From Balanoglossus misakiensis (taxonomy: Eukaryota > Animalia > Hemichordata), in the NCBI GenBank assembly GCA_040954595.2, contig CM082576.2, positions 12,155,129 through 12,219,128 on the forward strand: 64,000 nucleotides of DNA. The letters are read 5' to 3'. Of this stretch, positions 39,207 through 51,200 are shown in pieces. The notes beneath the pieces were generated by a model. That model did not search any database, had not been told where the DNA came from, and worked only from the letters and a program-made list of their open reading frames with translations. Numbering within the stretch: position 1 is the first letter of the stretch; every line of letters starts with the position of its first letter. The translations under genes were made by a program, and so were the position numbers.

Positions 39207-42200
39207 CGTATGATGGACACGCCGCTAAAAGACAGAGAACAGATTCCGACGGCAGGGGAGTACAGTCGGGCGCAAGGGTGAGCAATATACTTGGTTTACG
39301 TTTCATTCTGCATTGGCGACTGAATTCGCCTAAAATCTAAGTGTCTCTTGCCAGGGACGACAGGGAAAGCGCAACGGCACTGCTGAGTGTTTTGCTATCG
39401 TTCGCCAGCTTTTGCGAACCGAGAGCTCATCAGCATGTTCAGCGCGTTGGGGAGAACGAGCGGTCTCACGTCATGAATGTTTGCATGCCGAAGAAAAGGT
39501 CCTGTTCTCTGAAATGCGCATCGACGCATGGCCCGCCCACAGTCAGTGGAGTGACACTCTTCTGCTGTTTGCTGTAAGCCTGAAATGAACACAATTTTGG
39601 TTTGTGCTTGCAATGTACATGTTGAAATCCACACAACAACCAAGAAGTACCCCGGGTAAATTTTCTGAACGTGGCTGTGGCGTGGGTACCGGTTCTATGT
39701 AATACATGCAGCATGATTAGGAAAGCACGAACTAGAATGACTGCCAAACGCTCGAGCGATAAACAACGCCTAAAACGGGGTTCAGACTTCGGCTATCAGA
39801 TTATGATAACGTCGGCAATGTTTCATCACCATCTGTACATGTGTAATGAGAGATGTGGGGAATAACGAAGAAAACTGCATGCATTGCAAATTTACAGATA
39901 GATGCGTGGTGACTTTTTTTATAGTGAACCCAGTGTGAACGAACTTCGCACAATTGTTAACAGTTTTCAGTCGGAAAATACATTTCTGTGAGACAATGGT
40001 TGAAAATTTGTATATTTCGGCAATTTTAAATGCTAGCCTGCAACACAGGATAGGTTGCAAAAGTTGGTCAGCAGAGAGGCATGAGAAAGGGCCACTATTC
40101 ATGTATCATTCTCAGTGATAAAGTTTTAATGTGCTTTTTATATGCATGTAATAGAATCTGTAAAATTTGTTGCGGAATCTTGTACATTTGTATTTGAGTC
40201 AGTGTATTTTTGTTTCTGTAAATGTTTATTTGCGCTCATTACACATTGGCACCAGTGGGTTGCCAGTGTGTACCTAATGAATACACAAACGTAATTTATC
40301 AATTAGTAATAGCATTCCTAGAAAGATTTCATACAGCATTACAGGGCTCCAAAATATCAAAATTCATCATAGTCAAGTGAACTAACACTACAGTAGAACT
40401 AAATAGCCAGCACAAATGCACAGTAGCTTTATACCAGTCTGTTGCCAAATCTAGCATATCAGCTACTCTATTTCAAATACAATCTAGCTGTGTCAATATG
40501 ACTTGCTTGTACCTGCATAACTGCATACCCTTCCAAATAAGAAAAAAAATGATTGTTTCGTTGTACCTGTTTCTTTGCTGCCTGTACATGATTGCAGTTG
40601 CTTACCCTTAGGTTTTCTATGATTGTGCCAGCAAATGCTGTATCTCTATAAAATATGTACAGTACTGTAAAAGTGTGAAAGCCCACTCAAGTGAAAAAGT
40701 AAACAATAATAGGAGGCATATGTATCCTTTTCAGATCCTGTCCATGAATTTCTTATAACATCACACTAATATTTCTGCACCTAAAAGTAAAAGCAATAAA
40801 ATGTTAATATGCCATTTCCATTTTCATTCAAACTATGCATTGCATTGTAGAGATTTACTTTGTGTCAAAAGTGATCTATTTTATCAGTTAAATATTCAGC
40901 AGATGCAGTTTGCCAATGTTTAGGGAAAGAATAAATTCAATTGAGTGCAAGCTTTTGTTGGAGCTCTTTTTCAACATTTATCAAATAGAAATTGTTTCCA
41001 CATGTTATATACTGTCTTTGTTTGCCTGTGAGATTGCACTGATTTCTTCTCTAAACCAGGACAAGTTTGAAGACCCCCACAAGCCTCCTCCCTCCCCAGT
41101 AGTTCACGTTAGAGGTCTCTCAGATACGGTCATCGAAGCAGACTTAGTGGATGCAGTGCAGCACTTCGGAGATATCAGGTGAGGAAATTAAAAAAAAATC
41201 CCAAAGTAATTATCTCTCCTCAGTGCAATGGCTGGGTGTGTGCCAACCTTTCAGTGGTTCTCACGCATGTTTCTACCTGCCTGTGCTGGTTGCAGGAGAG
41301 AGTGTTCCCAGGCAGACAATGGACTAATGAATACAAGTAACAAAGCGGGTTGCTAGCAGTTCAAACATGATATCACAAAAAAAAAAGAGACTTATGCTAA
41401 TTCTGCCATGTTAGAAACTGTGAACAGGATATGCTAATTTCAATTCAATGGTGGTTGCTAGCCAAGGAGAATGCAATTCAATGTTGCCTTGCACCGCTCA
41501 CTCTCGCCAAAATATTATTTATTAGTGGGGCGATATCATGTATGGAAGTGTTTGTAAGATTGTGTGGCAGAGTCTGGACTGGGTCATTGCACAATTACTC
41601 ATTGGTCCTGGTGTAAACTAGTTTATGGTACAGACAAGGGAAACATAGCAATACACTGCTCTCATGAGAAAAAACTCCAACTATATCTTTTATATAGAGC
41701 GAGATGGATTCAGAGAGAATGGAATGCAAGTCTTGAATAACATCTTGAGAGGAAATTGGCATCTGCAGATAATGATTATATACATGTAGCTCTCAATAGC
41801 TTTTTACCTCGTTACGTTTATTCAGCAGGCCTGTTTGCCTGTTAGTTTAGCATTTCATATTTCAGCACATAATTTTGATATTTTTTTATTTGAATCATTA
41901 CCATTGTGTTTTCAGACATTCAAGTAAAGTTGCAATATGGTTGACCGTGATTGCATTGTACATGATATATTTGCGATATGTGTGTTTGTATGTTCAATTC
42001 TACCATTTGGAGTTCATTTTCAACTGACGTTCCAATCCCCACCGTTCACTCCACAGCTATGTGATTATGATGCCCAGGAAGAGACAAGCCCTCATTGAAT
42101 TCGAAAATATTGAAGGTGCAAAAGAGTGTGTGAATTTTGCCCAGGTAGGGAATAGGTCACTTTCTTTTCATAGTGATAAACCAAAACTATGGTCTCATGT

Positions 42201-45200
42201 TTATAATTGAGAAATATGTGGTCTCATGTTCGTATCGAGAAATATGAAGAGACGATAGAAGTCTTGATTATAAACAAGCAACCATCAGTCTGTATGTATG
42301 TATGCCAAGTAAGAATTGTCAGTAATCTTATATAATACATGTACACTGTGTATAGTTAGACCACCAATGCTATTCCAGAAATTAATATGCTTTGCTTTTG
42401 CTGCCTACATTTTAAATGTGAAACTGTTTATCATATTGGATTAACTGAAGCAGCTGTTGTGTTCAGTCAGATGAAAACATTTTTGTCCGATCTGCTTTTA
42501 ATCCAAAGCAAGAGTTATTCCTAGCAGTTGTTTGTTTTTGTCACATGTATATTTGTTCATTTGCATACTATGCCAATATGAGAATAGGAATCTTTCTGAC
42601 AAATACATTTTGTTGTACATGTATATTTACCACTCCCTGCCAGAAACAGCTGATAAAATAAAGACAAGCTTATTACTTTCACTTCAATAAATAGCCTGCC
42701 CCTTTCCCTTGAAGCCTGTTCATAACCTGCACATGACAGCTTAAGTTGATTTTTATTCCGTTGGCTGTTGTCAAATAATGCCAGAGAATAACAATATTTC
42801 CTGACTGTGCACATTAAACCCCTTGCCTTGAATAATTTATTCTCTTCCTCCTGTACTGTTGCAGCAAAACAACATTATTCATGTGGGCAACTCGCCGGCT
42901 TATTTTAATTTCTCAACCAGTCAGCGGATTTCACGACCAGGGTAAATGGTTATTTCCTCCTTTTTTTTATTTCACAAATACTTCCAACTACTTAATATTC
43001 TCGCACTGATATCCTCTGGCTAGCAGAGTGGATTGAAATAGCAATCAAGTGCCATTCTCCCTATCGAGAAGTGATGTGGGATTTTTTTATTGTCCCAAGC
43101 TATGCATTCAGCTTCAAATACAAGTGAATGCATGTTTATGCTCTTGACGTGTGGAGAATGAAGATCGTGGCGTCAGTTTCGGTGAAGTGAGAAATAGTAC
43201 TGAGTTTTCTTTGAATTGATAGATTATTAATGTCATCAAAACCTGTCAGAATTCCTTGTAGACTTCCTACCTTAAATGGAAAGACATCATCTCAACATTA
43301 TATAATTGTGAAACGGCCTTTTTAATGAAATCAGTGTGGCTAATTACCCAAGCCTATTCAGAACTGCAAACATTTGCATTTGCTGAAATGTGCGGATGGT
43401 TAAAAATCAGAGTGAGTGATAATGACGCATGGAATTCACTTGTGTTGCAGTGGGGCTGAAGACAATCGCAACACAAACCACATACTGCTGATCACGGTTC
43501 TGAATCCAAGATACCCTATAACACCAGTGAGTATGTCTTCTGAGATAGGAAATGGTTAAGAATTTGGCTTAAACCCACAAATGAACAATTTTAGTGTCAA
43601 GGCAGGTCACGATGATAAATGAAAGTACTGAAGGGAAGAACCATACATGTATAGCATTATTCACTATGTGTATCAGTATATAAAAATATCAGTTGAAACA
43701 CATTCTTGATGATTTTTGGTTCAATATTCCTCCTGCATTTACCATTGAAGCATATATTGTGATAATTTAAAAAATACACTGTACTGAGTGTGTGTAGGAT
43801 TACACTCGACAGATGCGTCGCACAATGTGGCACTGTGCTTCATCCCCACAGGATGTTAGATTAGTTTTCTGAAGCAAAATTTTAATCTCTACATTTTGTT
43901 TCACCAGGACGTGATGCGGACAATTTGTAATCCATTTGGAGCGGTGCAGCGGGTTGTGATTTTCAAAAAGAACGGCATTCAAACAATGGTCGAATATCCT
44001 TTTGATTAATGAGCGTGGGTGAGAGCGAGTGAGAATGCCCCATCCCCACCCTCCTCCTACCTTATTGCATTTGTGTAAAATGACATGATTGTCACAGTCA
44101 AGTTGATACCCGTTATTTTTATGTCACCAGTGTCCTTGAATGACCCGGCTCTTGACCTGATCTGTTCAATATGGTGGAGTCTTTCCACCATTGTGTGTGC
44201 CTTGTGAGAATGATGAATGTGGAGTGTGTGTGTACAGTGTACACCAGTGAAAATGACTGCACCCACTGGGGTTATAAACCCATCAAAGTGGCCAGTGGTA
44301 AACAGTCATAAATACTGCTGTGATGCTTGTGACATCCCTCAGGAATTTTGCCATCCCTTGTCCGGAATGCCAACTGATAAACCATTACATGCGATTGCGG
44401 TGAAATGTTTAAATTATATGATGTTGATAGCGGACAGACTTTACTCTCTATTGGCATTGTTTTGCTGTTTGTAAATATGACTTCAAGGTGTTAATTTTAA
44501 TTTTTTTTCTCTCTGATTGCATATCCTGGCAATGATTTGTTAGACAGGGTCAGTGTTTGCCCAATGTCCCCCGAGGACATACTCCTGCTTTGAGTCGCAG
44601 CTGACTCCAATGATTAAGAGTGTACAAAGCAGTTGCTATACCTCGCAGCCTGTACCATTGATAGTACCAACCATTTTAACCATTATTATAAGATCTTTTG
44701 TGGGCATTGACATAGAATTGATTAAATTTTGCCGTAAGTAATGGTGGGTTGTTGTTGCGTCCACGTGAATGTAGATGTCCATGTCACTGCAGTGTTTTCT
44801 CCAGGACGCGCGATCGCGCGATTCCCCCTCTTTTACACTTGACGCGCCCCTTGTAACAAGTTCAGGGGGCGACAATCGCCCCTTCTTGAGCAGCCCACCC
44901 GGCCAGTACATGCGCGTCCAAGCCTCCATAGCATGTACCGTCAGTCAAAACACTGGGAAAACGGCCGATATTACTGCGTGCTGGCCTATACATTTTAACT
45001 TCCCACCCCCCAAAACTATGTTGTAGATGACTTTCACATTCATTTACGTTTAATTTAGCTCCAGGGCTATAGTGTGCAATTGTTGGAACAGCCTATCTGG
45101 ATACGGTCTAAATTTAGAGCACACACTCTGCACTCAAGTGAACTTGTTGTTATGGCGACTTTTGAAAATGGGTTGGCAGAACGTAACAATTTTATGCAAA

Positions 45201-48200
45201 TTAAAGAAACTGCGTTCATGCCATGGGATTATCAAGAATGTATCAGTTTTCCATGACCTTGTTTTCTTACTTAGGAAGGAAAGTCATTCAATTTGTACAG
45301 AGACTGTTTATTTGAGTAGTGCGCCTAGCCACAGATGGGGAAGTGTAGGCAGAAATCTGAAGAAATATATACCACTTCAATTTATTTCACTATTAATGGT
45401 TTCACATTCTAATATTTTGGCAGCTAAACTGAAACTTTTAAAATCAAACAAGAAATTTTTTTCTCAGGTATAGTATTAAAGAAAGACACTACATGTATTA
45501 TTTTAGCAGTTGCATTTATTTTATTCATTTAACTCTACTTGCCAGGGAAGCAGTTAGAGAGTTATTTTCAGCTCTCCAGCATTTTTTTAAATTACATGCC
45601 CTGAAAGTTATGCAAGCTGGTGTCTTCCTCTGCAAAATCTACTAATTTAAAGTAGAAAAACTGTAACTGTTAATATGTTGTCAAGTTCACATGTAAAATG
45701 TTGTAATTTACTTATGCTGTTTTTAATATGGAATGAAGGCAGTTAGTAAGTTAACGTTCAAAATTGTCATTCCTTGATGTTTACCTAATTAACATAAATT
45801 ATGCAAATCATGATTCCCCCCTATTTTGAGCAAATCCCCCCTTAATTTTGGACTAAGGGGGGACATTCCCCCCTTCTCTCAACATCCTGGAGAAAACACT
45901 GTGTCACAGAGGCAAGAATTTGTTTTCCCCAACGCTTTTTTTTTCCTTAACCGAGATCACATTTGACAACGTGGATAGTGCCTCTCGTGCCAAGGCCTCC
46001 TTAAATGGAGCAGACATCTATTCAGGATGTTGTACACTGAAAATAGAATATGCCAGGGTAAGTGGATTGCTTTCTTTCTCTTTTTCAAATGATGCGGGCA
46101 AGGTTACAATCGATCAACCAACTGGAAGTTTCATTCTGTGGCCTGGAATGTTACATGTTTTTAAGATATTCCCCATAGTGGAGATAAGTCTCATTGCAAT
46201 GAGTAAAATTACCCACTCCACTTTACGCATCGATTCAGGGGTACACAAGTAGACATTGCCCTTCATTTCATATCATCATCCGGTACCCATTTTATTATTT
46301 GGCCTTTCAGACACTTTTGATCTGCTTTTATTGTAGTTTTCCGGCTCTTTTGCAAATTCATTTATCATGTTTGAATATAAGACCTGCCATTTGTGTGTGT
46401 TTTGATCTCTACTTCCTTGTGTTGTGCTGCAATTTGTGATTCCACCCACAGCCAACTCGTCTAAATGTTTACAAGAATGACCATGAAACATACGACTACA
46501 CCAATCCAACTCTAGGAGCCGGAAGTAAGTATGCCTGCACATTTGTTCATGATTATCTGCTTGCTTTGTCACTATTTGAACCAAATTTTCCAATAGTAGC
46601 AGATCAAGATCATTTTTGTTCTCACTTCCATACATTATTGTATACATTGTACACCAACCCTAGAGATTCTCTGAAATGTGACCATGTGTTTTTTCTGTGC
46701 ATCAGTATTAGGAGTAAATTGCACAATTTCTCAGTACATGTATGATATGACAGTGCTGCTAGATTATCAGGTTCTAGTCATCCCATTGATATTTGCTAGT
46801 TATGAGCTGGTTTGCTTTATCTTGTACATTGTAATTGTTTCTGTCATGTCATCAGCTCTGATCACACTTATTTACTGTCACAAACAAATGCTTGAAACGA
46901 TGCTGTGGAGGCTTAGAGCAGCCATTGATAGATAGATGCTGGGCAGCAACATAGACACCACACATTGGCACTCAGGACACCTTTATATTGGACCAGATTC
47001 TCTGACGCTTTCACCCGAGTCTTTTGCTGAGTGCAGGATTTTTGTCATTAAAGCCCTATTCTCTGCCATGTCGTCTCTGGAGAGAAACGAACTGCATATC
47101 AGAATTTGTTTTTGGCACAAAGCTGGAGAGAAACACCCAGTCTTTACACAAGGCCCTTTAGACTGTATAAAGAGAGGGTGACGCTATCACAAGCAAGTTT
47201 TGTCTACACCAGACAGTCACCAAGCTGCCATCATATTATAGCAAGCGGCCCAGAGGCAAGCCAGTGAACTGATCACAGGGAATCAGAGAACACCAGCTGA
47301 CATGCATACAGACATGAACACTGACCAAAAATATATACTACACTCGCAGAGGAACCAAACACGTCGTGGATCTCTCCAAATAAAAAGGATTATTACACAG
47401 TGAGGTGATGTGACGTTGAAGTCAGTGATGAGATGGGAGGCTGTAGCACACATTTGCATACAGATTTCAAGAACTTCTCAGTCTCGCAGGAACATTACCC
47501 TTCAGAGTACCGAGTGACCATGCTATCCTGGTTCCCAGCAAGAAACTGTTACACGTGATCAACATCATGATACTTTGTGTGCCGCGGCCATTTTGGAATC
47601 ATGCAGTATAAGCTCTGGGAAATCGACTTGCCTAGTGAAATGTGTGTGCTTGGGCATGTCATTTTCGGAATGCCATGGATACATATATGAAACCTGTCAT
47701 CGACCATCATATAGTGGTGGCCTGTCGTTTGGATGTGGAATATAGTTCCCTCAAAGTTAATGCTGCATGATTCTCGCAAAATGGCAGTGGCGACAATGTC
47801 CTGTGTTTTTACAACATTTTTCTCAAACGGAACCAACCCAACCAACCAACCATACAGACCAAAAAAAACCTACATCGTTTTTCCAGGCTGCAACATACAT
47901 CATCAGACTGTACAAGTACATATTGTGCTCTCAAAATCAAAGAAACACTCAATTTCACTCCTAATAGACTCTATGTAATAAATGTATCAACAGGAAAGGA
48001 AGGTGATCCAATCTTCGGTCGATTTCATGAGTTCCTTTTGAGGAAGATGGTTGTTTTGGGAGTTGCTGTTGCATGTCTGAGAAGAAATTGACAAGCAAAG
48101 AGGACTGGATACTCTCAACAACTGAAAAAAGTACAGGGTTTATCCTGCTATGATTATTATTTTTTTTTTACTATCTGTTCTTTTGTACTTTTTACACTCA

Positions 48201-51200
48201 CTTCTGAATGAGAACTTTCAGCAACTTTGCCTCTGAATAATTCTGTGGTTTTATACAAAGAGGAAAGGCAAGTCAGAAAGGGACTGTGTTTTGTTAACAC
48301 AGAGATATGTACACATTTATAGAGAGAATAGCAATTTATGAAAGAAATAAAGTTGCTTCCACAAACCCTAGAAATAGACATTAAATTTTATGAGGTCAAC
48401 TACTACCGTACACCATGGCATGTATTTTATTTTTTATGGTGTATTTGATGTTGTGCAGCCAATACCGTTACGGGATGGTTCACCAGTGCTAATTGAACAT
48501 TTATAGGGAAATGTGGGGATTTTTAGTTTTCGAGTTGTGTCGTATAAAATTATGGATGTGAAGAAGCAAGCATGTTTATAGTAGCAAGATAAAACGGGGA
48601 TGGCCATCCCACGGGATTTGCTCGTAATGCGAAAGGTGAAACTGCAAATGAGACCAGGCTTTGAAATTATTTTTTTCTCCCTTCTCTGTACTTATGGTGG
48701 TCATTTTGATATTGCTTGCAGCTAAAGAAAAGGGCAATGCGTTACTGGAGGAACCAAGCGGTTATCAGATGGGAGTGCAAGTTTCACAGCAGCAGTCGCA
48801 CGGAATGGGTATGGCCTGCTTGATTACAAATCTTCTTTCCTGGTAAACTTGTTTTCCTACATGGCAGTAGCCGACACACTTTTGACAAACTAGGTTATCA
48901 CCGAGCCCTTCATTCGTTTACTTCACTTCGGGAATACTTCCACAGTTTACCGAATAAAATAAAGCTTGGGGTGAATTGCCAAGACAGAAATTCCAAATGC
49001 ACTTCTCTCCGCTGAAGAGAGACGTGCCTGGCATGGTTAGTACCTTGTGTGTACCTAGCCGCATCATGTGTTCCCTTCTAATGAGCGTTATTCGATACGC
49101 CAAAGAATGCCCATTAGAAGTATAGATTTACATGGAGCCTGTGTTAGTCTATAGTTCAGTTAGATAAAGCCGTGAATAAAACGCTATGCCGGTTCTTGCT
49201 GAAGGCTGCCAGTTTCTTCCTATTCACCAAACCCCTTGACAGTTCTCACCCGACGTTTACTTTCTGAACAAGGTGGTCAAGCTGAATTAAGAAAATGTCG
49301 ATGCTTGTTGTGTCGCAGGTCAACAGCAGGGTTACAACCAGTACCAGAACCAGAGCTCCATGCACAGCCAGTACGGCCAGCAGAGCCAGAATTTCAGCGG
49401 TGGTGGCGGCGGACAGGGGGGACAGATGGGCAACTCCATGATGGGCAACCACCAGATGGGTGGCAACCAGATGGGCAACCAAATGGGCAGCCAGATGGGT
49501 GGCCACATGGGCAACCAGCCCAAGGGCAGCCCCGTGGTGATGGTCTACGGAATGGACCCGGACAAAATGAACTGCGATAGACTGTTCAACGTTCTCTGTC
49601 TGTACGGCAATGTCATCAAGGTAAGCCTCCTAATCCAGGGAAGTTGAATTTCCCAGATTCAATTAACTGCGTGTGAGATTAGAGTGAAGAGCAATTATTT
49701 GGTAAATGGTTGGTCAGCCCCCGAAGTAATTTGCCTGCATACCCTTTTGATTTCTAATTTCCATTTTAAAATAGCCACATCACCTGTGTGTCCTTTTCTT
49801 TAAAACCAACAATGGTAAATTAATTTTAATGATTCTAAATAATTAATTTGTCATCAGCTTTAGATGAAATTGAAAGAAAGGATAATTCTAGTAAATGGCT
49901 TTGTTATTTTGCATAGAAAAAGGTCTACTTTGCATTGCAGACTGCATACCATGCTCAGTAGAGTCCGGTAATTGTACAGGCCACCAATTACTCTTCAACA
50001 AGATAAAGTAGTTTTTGGTGATGACAAAATTATTATTTTAACAATCTGTGACCCACATAATTGAAAAGATATTTCATCAGACTGCGCTGTTGCCTTTTCG
50101 TGAAAACTAAAGAGTGATTGTATTTGCTCAATGTGTATTTTAATAGCTGTGAGTTCCCACATGTGATAATTAATATTTTGTCTGTCTTTCTCGCACGTAC
50201 AGATCAAATTCATGAAGAGTAAGCCCGGCTGTGCTATGGTCCAAATGGGGGATGCTTTGGCCGTGGAAAGGGCAATTACCAACCTGAACAATGTGGTTGT
50301 CTTTGACAAGAAAATGCAGCTCGGGTAAATACTGTTATTATACTAACAAAAAGCCTTATAATCTGTGAATGTGTGACACACCTAAGCCCAAAGGGCGACA
50401 GATGAAATTTCTCCTTTTTTTGTGTCAAGAATTACATAACATGGTAGCCATGTTCCCGACACTTGAAAAAGTACACTGCAGGGTGTTATTTGCATTGTGA
50501 AGAAATTATTGGCAGTGGTGCCATGTTTTGTTGATTCTCGTTAGTTGCCATATGGTCTGTTTAGTTATTTCTTCATCCATCAGACCGGAGTACAATTTTG
50601 ATCTCACTGTGTTGACCAGAATGTATATATATCAGCACTAGTACAATATGCTTGGTGGTATATCAAAGGAGTAAACCGTGTCAAAGTTGCCCGTGCATTT
50701 TATTACAATTTTCATATGCATATGCATATACATGATTGCATGTAAACCTGTTGATGGTATGGATGATTGCCAAATGGTAATACTTCCAGAGTGGCGTGTG
50801 TTTTCAGAGGAAAATAAATGTAACTGTTGTTCTCTTCATATCTGACCAACCCATCAATCAGTCTCATTGTACACTGTGTCATGTTATAACCTTGTTTTAT
50901 TAATGTGAAAAACATTCACGCGTCTCTGCATTCAAGATGAGTGACGCATTTATGGCATCTTTTCAAAAAAATGGGGGAAAGTAGAAAATATTATCTTGAT
51001 TTCTGTAGTGCAATCAAGCTAATGTTGTTCCTGAATATGACTGCATGAAAGAAATGTTATGGCGTTCTCCCCAGATATTTGTGAATGTTGACCTCTTCGT
51101 CTGACACTTGATAAACTCAGGAGACTTGATGTCAGATTTGTTGATAGAAACTAACAATATTAGGACTAGTTCGACAAAATCAACAATTCCTTCTCAGAAA

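Noticed and set aside
40722-40730. Perfect U12 donor-like GTATCCTTT in hnRNP L intron 1
   Set aside because: I found no supporting upstream exon or downstream U12 branch/acceptor; the intron is explained by GT-AG splicing 39277/41060.
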